A stretch of DNA of 32,000 nt from Erysipelotrichaceae bacterium OH741_COT-311. GTDB lineage: Bacteria; Bacillota_I; Bacilli_A; Erysipelotrichales; Erysipelotrichaceae. The position numbers and the translations under genes were made by a program. Below the pieces are notes generated by a model. That model was not told the origin of the DNA. It worked only from the letters and a program-made list of their open reading frames with translations, and did no database searches. Positions 1-8,963 of this stretch are shown here, piece by piece (within the stretch, counting starts at the first letter, position 1; each line of letters starts with the position of its first letter). The stretch is taken from assembly GCA_003858585.1 (NCBI GenBank), contig RQZE01000002.1, positions 60,001 through 92,000 of the forward strand, given 5' to 3'.

Positions 1-479
1 AATTCAAAGTCTGAGCTAAAACTCATGGCATTTTTTTCTAAGTTATGATTATAGATAACATTAGAACATTGTAGGATTAAGACGACTTTCATAAATTCAC
101 TAGGTTGGATAGAACCGATTTTTGGTAAAATAATCCATGCGGTTGTTCCATTGATGGGACGTATAAAGAGATCCGGCAAATTAAAGAGAAACTTATCAAT
201 TAAAAGTAACACCAATAGTCCAATTAAAATCCAATAAAAAATACTAACTGCGGTAAAGAGTCTATCTACACCAAGTTTTATAAGGAAGTAACAGACAATA
301 AAAGAAATGATGTACCACATGAGTTGTTTTTGCCAAAGGTTACTTCCACGTAAGTTACTTGCCATAATGGGATCCGCTAAGTAGATACTTATAATACTTA
401 TGGTAGCGATAATCAATATAAAAATGATTAAGGAATAATCATAAATAAATTTCTTTTTTGCTTGAGGAATTTGACGCAT
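1..479 (-). CDS. SEDS-family cell-wall polymerase (RodA/FtsW/SpoVE-like), N-terminal part; gene runs off the window start
   Basis: Absent from the ORF track because it is truncated. Reverse complement from the ATG at 477-479 reads MRQIPQAKKKFIYDYSLIIFILIIATISIISIYLADP...TAWIILPKIGSIQPSEFMKVVLIL. The multi-TM layout and S-x-QPSEFMK motif are typical of FtsW/RodA. AGGAG RBS (revcomp of 485-489) lies 5 nt upstream. Confidence 0.75.
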   Translation of the reverse strand, partial: MRQIPQAKKKFIYDYSLIIFILIIATISIISIYLADPIMASNLRGSNLWQKQLMWYIISFIVCYFLIKLGVDRLFTAVSIFYWILIGLLVLLLIDKFLFNLPDLFIRPINGTTAWIILPKIGSIQPSEFMKVVLILQCSNVIYNHNLEKNAMSFSSDFE

Positions 480-541
480 AATATCTCCTTGTTTATTGCT
501 TGGTAGTCATTATAATGGTATCATATTTAGGAGGTGATGGC

Positions 542-2086
542 ATGAAAAGATATCAATCTTTAATGGATACACTAAGGTTACCCCTTAAGATTCTTTTTGT
601 TGCGTTTCTTTTTGTTGGGATTGGATATTTAGTTCATAACGAAAGTGTAAATTTATTTTATACGATAAAAAATCGTAATATTATATTATTGTCTGAAATT
701 TTATATCTGGTGGGAAGTTTTCTGATTATAAATTTTCCATTTATTGTATTGATTAAAATTGTTTCTCGAAAAAATAATTCTTCAATCAATGTAATATCTG
801 GAATTATTGGTTATGTGGTATTTTTGATTGTGATGATGTTTTTTTCATCAAGTGATTTACCACCTCTTAGTTTTCAACCAATTTTAGGTATTCAATATTT
901 ATCAACGTATTCACAGACTTATACTGTACGTTATCCTGTACAAGTTGGTATTCTGGCAACACTTGTCGTTGGTTTTTGTACAAGAGTGAGCTATGCAAGG
1001 AGTCGTAAAAGAAGTAGTTATAGTTTGATGTTGTTTATTGACAATGATACATGGGCTATTTTGAGTAATTTAGTATATTGTAGTATTGCAGCTTTTATTA
1101 CAGCGTTGTTTTGGCCAAGTTTTGATAAATTTATTCAGATGGCAGTAAATTTTGTAGCGCAAGATATTACCAACCCGATGAGTTTATTTGTTTATGGAGT
1201 TGCCGATCGTATTACATCGGTGATGGGGATTAATCATTTAATTCGTGATCCATTTTGGTATGATAGCTTGGGTGGTACGTGGTTATCTTTAGCCGGGGAA
1301 TCATTTGCGGGAGATTTAAATGTTTGGATTGCAATGGCAAATCAAAATGTTGTTTCAACTGGTTTTGGTCGTTTTATTACGCCATATTATATTTTAAATA
1401 TATTTGCAGTACCAAGCTTATTGATTTCGTTGTATTTTTTATATACAGATAAAATTGAACGACGTAAAATTCGTTTGTTTCTTATATTAGCGATGATTGT
1501 ATCTATATTTACAGGAATTTTATTGCCTGTAGAGATTGCGTTGTTAGTGCTGAGTCCGCTTCTATTCTTTTTGCATATGCTGATTACAGGCTCTTTGTTT
1601 GCGGTGTTACAAATCTTAAAGGTCTATTTAGGGTTTAAGTATACGGGAGATGTGGTAACCGCATTGCCTGGTAGTTTGCCGGATTTATTGGTGTATCTGC
1701 GTGATCCAAACTATGCAAGAACGATATCATTAATCTTTATGATAGGTATTGTGATTTTTGTGGTGTATTATGTTTTAATTCAAGTTTTCTTTAAATATTT
1801 GGCATTTGATTTATTAAATACAGGAAAAACACAACGTATTGTGGATGGTTTGTCACAAGCGGTCGGTGGTGTGGATAACATTAAAGTGATTCACGCTTCT
1901 CCGCTTCGTCTTACGGTTCAGGTGAATGATATTACTTTGATTAATTTTGATGAAATTCTAAAATTGGGGGCATTGCGTGTGGTGGAAACACGAGCGGGAT
2001 TTGCAATGGTTTTTGGAGCAAGTAGTATTATGATACGTCGTTTTATGATTAAAAAAATTGCAGAAAGTAAAAGAGTGGATTCTTAG
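542..2086 (+). CDS. PTS glucose-family EIICB-like membrane protein with degenerate catalytic motifs
   Basis: The open frame starts at 500 (TTG), but ATG 542 follows the AGGAGG RBS at 528-533. The EIIC-like core is GINHLIRDPFWY...TGILLPVEIALLVLSPLLF (compare GLHH...TGITEPIEF). The C-terminal EIIB-like domain is GGVDNIKVIHASPLRLTVQVND (compare NI..L.AC.TRLRV.V.D). Confidence 0.75.
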   Translation: MKRYQSLMDTLRLPLKILFVAFLFVGIGYLVHNESVNLFYTIKNRNIILLSEILYLVGSFLIINFPFIVLIKIVSRKNNSSINVISGIIGYVVFLIVMMFFSSSDLPPLSFQPILGIQYLSTYSQTYTVRYPVQVGILATLVVGFCTRVSYARSRKRSSYSLMLFIDNDTWAILSNLVYCSIAAFITALFWPSFDKFIQMAVNFVAQDITNPMSLFVYGVADRITSVMGINHLIRDPFWYDSLGGTWLSLAGESFAGDLNVWIAMANQNVVSTGFGRFITPYYILNIFAVPSLLISLYFLYTDKIERRKIRLFLILAMIVSIFTGILLPVEIALLVLSPLLFFLHMLITGSLFAVLQILKVYLGFKYTGDVVTALPGSLPDLLVYLRDPNYARTISLIFMIGIVIFVVYYVLIQVFFKYLAFDLLNTGKTQRIVDGLSQAVGGVDNIKVIHASPLRLTVQVNDITLINFDEILKLGALRVVETRAGFAMVFGASSIMIRRFMIKKIAESKRVDS

Positions 2087-2105
2087 ATGAAATCCACTCT
2101 TTTTA
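2071..2105. terminator. Bidirectional intrinsic terminator between convergent genes
   Basis: An 11-bp stem, aagagtggatt (2071-2081) / aatccactctt (2091-2101), is flanked by A-run and T-run. It overlaps both stop codons. Confidence 0.7.
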
Positions 2106-2972
2106 ATCAAGCGGTTGATGATGGAAGCTACCTACAAAGTCTTTGGTTGAAAAGACATTGATGATGACATTTGGATCGATGGTTTTAATACAATCAATCA
2201 CATCACTTACTTCATAAGAAGATACAACTGTAGTAAGCATAGACACCGGTTTTTTGCTGTAACCACCATAGCCATTTAATACGGTAATACCGTGTTTAAA
2301 ATTTGAGATGTAACTATGAATGACTTCATTTGGTAGCGTTGTAGTGATTTGTAGAGTGATACGTTGGTAGCGTGTATGGAAGGTTGCGACAGTTCTGGTT
2401 GCGATAAATTGAAATAAAATGGTATAACCGGCATTGACCCAGTTTGTTGTAAAACCAAAGATAATAATCATAATGACATTACCAATAAAGATATATTCCC
2501 AAATTGCTTTATTATACTTGTTAGAAAAGTATAAGGCAATAAAGTCGGTACCACCTGTTGAGGCATGACCCTTTAAGGCAATTACAACACTCATAGCTGA
2601 AATAAAACCACCAAAGGAAATGTTTAAGATAATGTCATCAAACAATGGTTGAATACGTACAATTCCTAATAAGATAGAGGTTAAAACAAAGTTTAATGTT
2701 GAATAGAAGGCAAAGCGTTTTGATACGTATTTATAACAAATCATCGCAAGTGGAGCGTTTAATAAAATAATCCAAATGGATGTTGCGATGGGAAGTTGAA
2801 GGGATTTTGATACACTATTAAGCAACAAGGCTAATCCGGTAATGCCTCCTGAAATTAAATGACTTGGCTCAATAAATGCTTGAATTGCTATGGCTTGTAG
2901 CAAAGAAGAGCAGATACAAGTAATTAGAGATAAAAGGGTTTTTCCTGTTTTTGATTTTAAATATTGTTTCAT
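2103..2972 (-). CDS. YitT-family membrane protein (C-terminal DUF2179-type domain)
   Basis: 289 aa with multiple TM segments, an ASTGGTDFIALYF motif and a soluble C-terminal domain, which is the typical YitT layout. GGAGTG RBS sits inside the end of the upstream gene, with a 1-nt gap to the Cof stop. Confidence 0.7.
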   Translation of the reverse strand: MKQYLKSKTGKTLLSLITCICSSLLQAIAIQAFIEPSHLISGGITGLALLLNSVSKSLQLPIATSIWIILLNAPLAMICYKYVSKRFAFYSTLNFVLTSILLGIVRIQPLFDDIILNISFGGFISAMSVVIALKGHASTGGTDFIALYFSNKYNKAIWEYIFIGNVIMIIIFGFTTNWVNAGYTILFQFIATRTVATFHTRYQRITLQITTTLPNEVIHSYISNFKHGITVLNGYGGYSKKPVSMLTTVVSSYEVSDVIDCIKTIDPNVIINVFSTKDFVGSFHHQPLD

Positions 2973-2973
2973 G

Positions 2974-3774
2974 TTAAATCACTCCCAGATATAAAAAAGC
3001 TTGATAAATACCATCGTGATGATAATCGGTTGTAATGTAATCGGCATGGTTTAATAAAATCGGTTTACTATTGCCCATGGCGATGCCACAGTTTGCGTAT
3101 TGAATCATTTCTAAGTCATTGTCACCATCTCCAATACTAACGGTTGCTTGATGGTCAATGTTCAAATGTTTTGTAATGATAGAAATTCCATCTTTTTTAC
3201 TAGAATGTAGTAAGCCAAGTTCACAGCCGTTGGTACTGTAGTTTCCGTTGCTGTTGTCATGAAGAATGAAATTGTCTCCAAAACGCTCTTGCATATAGGA
3301 AACAGGCACCGTACTTTTAATTACACATACTTTACATGTCAGATGAAGATCTGCATTTTCCAAAGGTTGTATTGAATCAACAAAGCAATTAGGTTTATTT
3401 TCAACATATTCTTTTAAATATTGATGCATCGCTTTATTACTATAAATACCTTGATGCGTTTCTACAAAGAATAATGCTTGCTTCTCTTTTAAAAACTCTA
3501 ATAACTCTTTTACATGAGTTTCATTCAAATGTTCGTTTTTTAATACTTTTTGATTTACTTCAACATAAGCTCCATTACCACAGATCAGACCATCAAAGCC
3601 AATGTCTAAGACATGTTTAAAAATACCGGCTTTACTACGTCCTGTATTAATGTATATATGATGCCCGTTTTGACGAGCCTTTTGAATAGCTTTTATACTT
3701 GATGAATAAATATAGTCACTGTTTTTAAAGTCTAGCAATGTTCCATCAAGATCGATAAATATATGTTTTTTCAT
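2974..3774 (-). CDS. Cof-type HAD-IIB sugar/organophosphate phosphatase
   Basis: HAD motif I is FIDLDGTLL and motif IV is GDGDNDLEM. The length (266 aa) and cap region fit the Cof subfamily. A GAGG RBS precedes the start. Confidence 0.8.
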   Translation of the reverse strand: MKKHIFIDLDGTLLDFKNSDYIYSSSIKAIQKARQNGHHIYINTGRSKAGIFKHVLDIGFDGLICGNGAYVEVNQKVLKNEHLNETHVKELLEFLKEKQALFFVETHQGIYSNKAMHQYLKEYVENKPNCFVDSIQPLENADLHLTCKVCVIKSTVPVSYMQERFGDNFILHDNSNGNYSTNGCELGLLHSSKKDGISIITKHLNIDHQATVSIGDGDNDLEMIQYANCGIAMGNSKPILLNHADYITTDYHHDGIYQAFLYLGVI

Positions 3775-3904
3775 ACGTACCTCTTAAAATACAATATCTA
3801 TTAAACCTCACATTGAATAGATAAGCAATAAAAATGTTTGAATCTTGTTATGTAAGCGAAAACAAAGTGCATAATTATCAAATTGTAAAAGCTAATCATG
3901 TTAC

Positions 3905-3934
3905 TTGACTATCATTTTATTCTTCTAGTAATAT
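3905..3934 (+). promoter_or_regulatory. Sigma-A-type promoter for the flavodoxin gene
   Basis: TTGACT (3905-3910), 18-nt spacer, TAATAT (3929-3934), about 50 nt upstream of the start codon. Confidence 0.45.
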
Positions 3935-3983
3935 ATACGTGTTAGATATAACAACTATTTAATATTTAGGAGGAAATAGATAA

Positions 3984-4409
3984 ATGATTAAAGTAGTGTA
4001 TTGGTCATCAACTGGTAATACAGAACAAATGGCAGAAAGCATTGTGAAGGGAATTCAAGAAGCAGGGAAAGAAGCTGAATTATTAAATTTAAGTGACATT
4101 TCTGTAGATGATGTAAAAGATGAAGACGTATTCGCATTAGGTTGTCCGGCAATGGGAGCTGAAAATCTGGAAGAAGGTGAAGTAGAACCATTCGTTACAG
4201 AATTAGAACAATATGCAGCTGGTAAGACAATTTTATTATTCGGTTCTTATAGCTGGGGTGATGGTCAATGGATGCGTGATTGGGTTGAACGTTTAGCTAA
4301 CTGTGGCGCAAACATCTTAAATAATGAAGGATTTATTTGCTGCGAAACACCAAGTGATGAAGTATTAGCACAAGGTGAAGAATTAGGAAAACAATTAGCA
4401 CAAATCTAA
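3984..4409 (+). CDS. Short-chain flavodoxin
   Basis: 141 aa. The N-terminal FMN-phosphate loop is VVYWSSTGNTEQMAESI. The protein is acidic. AGGAGG RBS at 3968-3973. Confidence 0.9.
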   Translation: MIKVVYWSSTGNTEQMAESIVKGIQEAGKEAELLNLSDISVDDVKDEDVFALGCPAMGAENLEEGEVEPFVTELEQYAAGKTILLFGSYSWGDGQWMRDWVERLANCGANILNNEGFICCETPSDEVLAQGEELGKQLAQI

Positions 4410-4414
4410 AAAAG

Positions 4415-4445
4415 AAACTAGTTCCCAATGGGGCTAGTTTTTTTG
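4415..4445 (+). terminator. Intrinsic terminator after flavodoxin
   Basis: aaactag..ccc / ggg.ctagttt hairpin followed by a T-run (4438-4445). Confidence 0.7.
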
Positions 4446-4459
4446 TCTCGTCACATTTT

Positions 4460-4488
4460 TTGACATATTTTTAAGAATATTATAGAAT
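4460..4488 (+). promoter_or_regulatory. Sigma-A-type promoter for the lipoprotein gene
   Basis: TTGACA (4460-4465), 17-nt spacer, TAGAAT (4483-4488). Confidence 0.55.
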
Positions 4489-4513
4489 GATTCCATACAA
4501 ATAAAGGAGAAGT

Positions 4514-5104
4514 ATGAAAAAGTTAGTATTATTTTTTATCTTGGCAATCTTTATTGTATGCTCAGGTTTCACTTTAAAAACAGAAGAAGAATATGTAAAA
4601 GAGTTTGAAAGTAGTCAAGTTGACATGTGTTCAACAAGTAGTACAAAGTCATATATGAGTTATAAAAGTATTACTTCAAGGGGTAGTAGACAATATAAGT
4701 ATATCCAAGAATATATGACAGTAGATGAAGAAACAGGATTGTTATACGATGAGGATGGTTTCATTGGCGTTGCCTTAGGTTCAGCCTTTGGTAGCATTGG
4801 AACAAGATATTATTTTACTTTAGATACGGGTAAGATTTTACCGGTAGTTAAAGTAGAGGAAAAAAGTGATAACGATACGGAAGGTGGATGTTATCACTTG
4901 TCGGATAACTCTGTAATTGAGTTGGTTATTGATCGTGAAATTGCGATTGAATATTTTGGTCTTGGAAAAAATGGTTTAATCTTAAGTGGGAATTTTAATA
5001 ACTACGAAGGATTTAAAGGTGCTATTAAAAAGATTGAGTTAGTAAGTGATCAAAAGATTGATAACAGTATTTTTTATGAGGTATATACTGCCGAAGATTT
5101 TTGA
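4514..5104 (+). CDS. Small secreted protein or lipoprotein of unknown function
   Basis: Signal peptide MKKLVLFFILAIFIVCSGF with a lipobox-like IVCS. AAGGAG RBS. It has its own promoter and terminator. The core DGFIGVALGSAFGSIGTRYYFTLDTGKILPVVKVEEKSD loosely recalls 3D/DPBB-type wall-binding folds, a weak and unverified resemblance. Confidence 0.6.
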   Translation: MKKLVLFFILAIFIVCSGFTLKTEEEYVKEFESSQVDMCSTSSTKSYMSYKSITSRGSRQYKYIQEYMTVDEETGLLYDEDGFIGVALGSAFGSIGTRYYFTLDTGKILPVVKVEEKSDNDTEGGCYHLSDNSVIELVIDREIAIEYFGLGKNGLILSGNFNNYEGFKGAIKKIELVSDQKIDNSIFYEVYTAEDF

Positions 5105-5128
5105 AAGGCCTTAGGCCTTTTTCTTTTT
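5104..5128 (+). terminator. Intrinsic terminator
   Basis: aaaggcc tta ggccttt hairpin (5104-5120) followed by a T-rich tract. Confidence 0.75.
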
Positions 5129-5156
5129 ATGTCTTGTGAATAATAAAAATATTATA

Positions 5157-5184
5157 TTGAAGAAAAATAAGAAAGTGATATAAT
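5157..5184 (+). promoter_or_regulatory. Sigma-A promoter with extended -10 for the ABC transporter operon
   Basis: TTGAAG (5157-5162), 16-nt spacer, TG-n-TATAAT (TG at 5176-5177, TATAAT at 5179-5184). Confidence 0.55.
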
Positions 5185-5204
5185 GAGTATGAAAGGTGGT
5201 TACT

Positions 5205-5903
5205 ATGCTAAAAATTGAAAATCTAAAAAAGTCTTATGGAAGTAAAGAAGTATTACATGGTATTGATCTAGAAGTACAGGATGGTGAAATTTTTGGATTT
5301 ATTGGTCACAATGGGGCTGGTAAAACAACAACCATCAAGGCCGTTGTGGGTATTATCACATATGAAAAAGGTAAGATTACCATTGATGGGATCGACAACA
5401 AAGAAAAGCCATTAGAGTGTAAGAAAATCATGGCATATATTCCGGATAATCCGGATCTCTATCCCAATTTAACCGGTTTACAGTATTTAAATTTCATTGG
5501 GAATGTATATAAAGTTGAAAAACATGCGTTGGTAAGTCGTATTGAACATTTAGCGAATGAATTTGAAATCTATGGGAATTTAGCAGATACCATTGGTTCT
5601 TATTCGCATGGGATGAAACAAAAGCTGGCGATTATCAGTGCTTTGATTCATGAGCCAAAGTTATTGATTTTGGATGAACCGTTTGTAGGTTTGGATCCAA
5701 AAGCTTCCTTTAAATTAAAAGAGCTTATGAAACAATTGTGTGCAAAAGGAAGTTCGATTTTCTTTTCTACACACGTATTGGAAGTTGCAGAAAAGCTATG
5801 TGATAAGATTGCGATTATTAAAGATGGTCGTATTGTAGTAAGTGGGAATACGAGTGAATTAATTGAGGACCAATCATTAGAAGAAATCTTCTTGGGGTTA
5901 TAA
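5205..5903 (+). CDS. ABC transporter ATP-binding protein (ABC-2/drug-exporter type)
   Basis: Walker A GHNGAGKTTT, signature YSHGMKQKLA, Walker B LLILDEPFVGLD. ATG 5205 is preferred over GTG 5196 because of the GAAAGGTGG RBS spacing. Confidence 0.9.
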   Translation: MLKIENLKKSYGSKEVLHGIDLEVQDGEIFGFIGHNGAGKTTTIKAVVGIITYEKGKITIDGIDNKEKPLECKKIMAYIPDNPDLYPNLTGLQYLNFIGNVYKVEKHALVSRIEHLANEFEIYGNLADTIGSYSHGMKQKLAIISALIHEPKLLILDEPFVGLDPKASFKLKELMKQLCAKGSSIFFSTHVLEVAEKLCDKIAIIKDGRIVVSGNTSELIEDQSLEEIFLGL

Positions 5904-5904
5904 T

Positions 5905-7479
5905 ATGTTACAACTTATAAAGATTCAATTATTAAATCTATTGGTTAAGATTAGTCCTCGTAATAGTCGTAAACGCAAAATTAATTATTTTATTGTAATT
6001 CTGCCTATCATTGCCATTTTATATTATTCCATTATATGGGGAATTGAGATTATAGATAATACAGGGTTACAAGCCATTTATATAACAACACTAAGTTCTT
6101 TTGTAGCTTGTGTGATGTTTCAAATCGTACAAAGTCAGGGGCATTTGTTTGATAGCAATGACTTTGAAAGTTTAATTGTTTTACCAATTCAACCAATTCA
6201 AATTATGCTAAGTAAGATGGCATCGATGTATATTAGCAGTTTGTTGTTTTCAACAGTGATTATTGTACCTAGTGCTATTTATATGGGAATCAAGTTTCAC
6301 TTAGAGTTCTTGTTTTATTTCTATTTGATTTTAGGTTTGATATTTTTACCGGTATTAGCAGTCCTAGTAACAAGTACCCTAGCGATTATGATTCGTTTTA
6401 TTACCAATAAAATTCCTTATAAGAAACTGGCAAATAATATCGTGGTGGTTTTGGTTTATCTTGCATCGTTTTATTTTTGGTATCTATTAGCAAAGTATCA
6501 AAATATGAGTTACACAGGAGTAAAGCTCCATTTAAGTGATGACTTTATAGAAAAATTAAAGTATCTTCCAACGGTATATTATTATGCAAAAGGCCTTTAT
6601 ACGATGAATACCAGTTATATATGGATTAGTATTTTCATTAATGTTGTTGCTTTTGTGGGATTTATCTATTTGTTTAATCGTCTTTATATTTATTTAAATA
6701 TGGATGTGCATCATACAACAGTAAAAAAGAAGATTTCTTTAAAACGTGTTTCTAAGGATAGTGTTTTATTTACCTTATTTAAAAAAGAATTCAATAAATT
6801 CATTACAAATTTCTTGTATATTCTTAATTTAGCTACATTTCAATTGGTTATACTAGGGGGAACTATTTACTTAGTTTGGAATAAAGCAGAAATCATGAAT
6901 ATGATACGTCCTTTTATACCCATGATACAAAACTCATATTTCATTGTATACATGACAGCGTTAATTTCCAGTAGCGTTGTTTCCAATACAGCGTCTGTAA
7001 GTATTTCCTTAGAAGGAAAGAATTTCTGGATTTTAAAAGTGATTCCGGCAAAAGTATTAGAGATTTTATACGCTAAGATTTTAGTGAATGTTGTAGTAAT
7101 TGCAGTACCGGGCATGATATCGTTACTCTTGTTTTACTTTTTCTTTGAATTTAGTGTCATTGAGTTACTGTTAGGTTGTTTTATCATCATCTTAGTAGGC
7201 TTATTGACAGGTCAAATTGGTATTATTGTTAATTTATGGTTTCCAAAGTTTGAGTTTGATCGAGAAGTAATCGTTATTAAACAAAGTTTAGCTGCTTTTG
7301 TCGCAACATTTACTGGTATGTTTATTGGAGGCTTTAACTTATTTTTGTCACTTAAACATATAAGTGATTTCAATACAATGTCATATTTATTCACGGTGAC
7401 AGTAATTTTACTAGTAACAACCGGTTTATTACATCTATGGATTGCAACCATTGGTAAAAAGACATTTGAACGTTTATAG
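5905..7479 (+). CDS. Large polytopic ABC transporter permease (putative exporter partner)
   Basis: 524 aa with about 12 predicted hydrophobic segments. The start lies 1 nt after the ATPase stop, indicating translational coupling. I saw no recognisable substrate-specific motifs. Confidence 0.65.
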   Translation: MLQLIKIQLLNLLVKISPRNSRKRKINYFIVILPIIAILYYSIIWGIEIIDNTGLQAIYITTLSSFVACVMFQIVQSQGHLFDSNDFESLIVLPIQPIQIMLSKMASMYISSLLFSTVIIVPSAIYMGIKFHLEFLFYFYLILGLIFLPVLAVLVTSTLAIMIRFITNKIPYKKLANNIVVVLVYLASFYFWYLLAKYQNMSYTGVKLHLSDDFIEKLKYLPTVYYYAKGLYTMNTSYIWISIFINVVAFVGFIYLFNRLYIYLNMDVHHTTVKKKISLKRVSKDSVLFTLFKKEFNKFITNFLYILNLATFQLVILGGTIYLVWNKAEIMNMIRPFIPMIQNSYFIVYMTALISSSVVSNTASVSISLEGKNFWILKVIPAKVLEILYAKILVNVVVIAVPGMISLLLFYFFFEFSVIELLLGCFIIILVGLLTGQIGIIVNLWFPKFEFDREVIVIKQSLAAFVATFTGMFIGGFNLFLSLKHISDFNTMSYLFTVTVILLVTTGLLHLWIATIGKKTFERL

Positions 7480-7485
7480 CAAATG

Positions 7486-7535
7486 AAAACCCTTATGAAT
7501 GGAACATAAAAATGAACCATACACAAGGGTTTTTT
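7486..7535. terminator. Bidirectional terminator hairpin between convergent genes
   Basis: aaaaccctt (7486-7494) pairs with aagggtttt (7525-7533) around a partly paired loop. T-run on the + strand and A-run on the other side. Confidence 0.55.
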
Positions 7536-8790
7536 ATTGATAAATCGTTTTAGAAATAACAATACTATTAGGTCTTTGGTATTGTTTTTCTAAATAGTTT
7601 AAATAAGTACCCGGATTAATAAAGCCTCTTAAACTTAAGATATCAATGCCGGCTTGACCAATAATGGTATCTGCAAGTAAAACACAGTTGGTACTCATAA
7701 CGAAGTATTTCTTAAATTTACTTGCTTTAAATTTATAGAGTTCGGCATTGGTTGCCTGTTTTAAACGATAGCTATACATTGGTAAATTGGCTTTTTCATT
7801 TACAATTTTACCGGATGGATTAAAAGGAATTAATAACTGATGTAGCTCATCAATCTTTTTATCGACAGCTTCTTTTTGTTTTGGGCTTAAGCTTAATCCA
7901 TAACAGAATAATGTCTTATTGCTTTCTACCTTGCAAAATTCAATGTATTGATTACGATCGACTTTAAATAATACCCCATCACCAATGCTTCCACCTAGAT
8001 GCGTAGACAATGCGTCATAACATCCATAAGATATGATTTCATTGTTGTAGCATAAATCCACATGCCCCATCTTACCAAAACCATCATCAGATACATGAAT
8101 GAATACTTCTAAATCGGCAGGTTGTCCTTGCTGTTTCCATTGAGTTTCATTCAGTTTGGCTGTTGTAGACTTATTGATGTGTTCTAAGGATTTCATAGGG
8201 ATAAAGGCAGTGATAAAAATTGGTAGATTCATACGGAAAGCACGTTTTAATTGAGTCTTACCTAAATCACTTTTATAGAAGATACTATCACGTATTAAAC
8301 TAAGTCCTAATAAAAATAAATAAGCTCCAATTAAATAGAATTGTAATTTATATTCATTACGATGAATAAAGAAACAACCTAAGCCAAAAGCTGTATATAA
8401 TAAAGCATCAATGAGATAACGATATTTTCCTGAAATTTTATTGGTGTAGTAAAGGTAAAAGGTAATGTAGTTAATGGTAGCTTCAAATAATTGGTAGATA
8501 CCTACAAAGCTAATGAGCAAAGAAGTAGAGAGCGACGTTGTAAGATTAATTGTTTTTAAAACTAAAATAATTATTATTCTTAAGATATTACTGAAAATAG
8601 TAAGTTTCTTTTCTTTGGTAAAAAGGGTAATAAAAATATCAAGGATATTTGTTAAAATGACATAAAGAAAGAAAATATCAATTAGCCATTGGATACCGAT
8701 TGCACGGTTAAAAGCGAGAATACCGCCTAAGATACAGGTTAAGATACCATTGATAATATAGTATAGGGTTTTATTGGTTACTTTTGGCAT
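7534..8790 (-). CDS. Membrane protein: N-terminal multi-TM (DUF308/HdeD-like) region plus a C-terminal putative permuted papain-fold (YiiX/C92-like) domain
   Basis: 418 aa, AGGAGG RBS. About 6 TM segments are followed by GHVDLCYNNEIISYG ... LSPKQKEAVDKKIDEL ... STNCVLLADTII. This shows the same His-then-Cys order and spacing logic as YiiX-type amidases. The pattern match is by eye only. Confidence 0.6.
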   Translation of the reverse strand: MPKVTNKTLYYIINGILTCILGGILAFNRAIGIQWLIDIFFLYVILTNILDIFITLFTKEKKLTIFSNILRIIIILVLKTINLTTSLSTSLLISFVGIYQLFEATINYITFYLYYTNKISGKYRYLIDALLYTAFGLGCFFIHRNEYKLQFYLIGAYLFLLGLSLIRDSIFYKSDLGKTQLKRAFRMNLPIFITAFIPMKSLEHINKSTTAKLNETQWKQQGQPADLEVFIHVSDDGFGKMGHVDLCYNNEIISYGCYDALSTHLGGSIGDGVLFKVDRNQYIEFCKVESNKTLFCYGLSLSPKQKEAVDKKIDELHQLLIPFNPSGKIVNEKANLPMYSYRLKQATNAELYKFKASKFKKYFVMSTNCVLLADTIIGQAGIDILSLRGFINPGTYLNYLEKQYQRPNSIVISKTIYQ

Positions 8791-8963
8791 ATAGAGGCCT
8801 CCTAAGATAATTATAAGGTAAAATAGTGATTAGATTAAGAGGATATTGTAAAGGAAGATAATGAAATTTCTAATGAAATACATATAATATTATTAGTGTG
8901 ATTTTATATAAGATAGTGTTTCTTTGTTTGAAAGACATAAAAGTAAAAGAAGGGATGATTTAT

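Noticed and set aside
508-517. Palindrome CATTATAATG in the 62-bp rodA / PTS-like divergent region, which could serve as a shared -10 element for both strands
   Set aside because: The + strand has an acceptable -35 (TTGTTT, 16-nt spacer). The - strand has no credible -35 or TG extension. TATAAT-like palindromes are also common in DNA this AT-rich, so the evidence is too weak to claim bidirectional promoter sharing.
3866-3919. Fur/PerR-like boxes upstream of flavodoxin (ATAATTATCA at 3871-3880; TGACTATCATTTTAT overlapping the -35)
   Set aside because: Only half-site-level matches (about 9-10 of 14 positions) to the TGATAATnATTATCA 7-1-7 consensus. That is not distinguishable from background in AT-rich sequence without a scoring matrix or conservation data.
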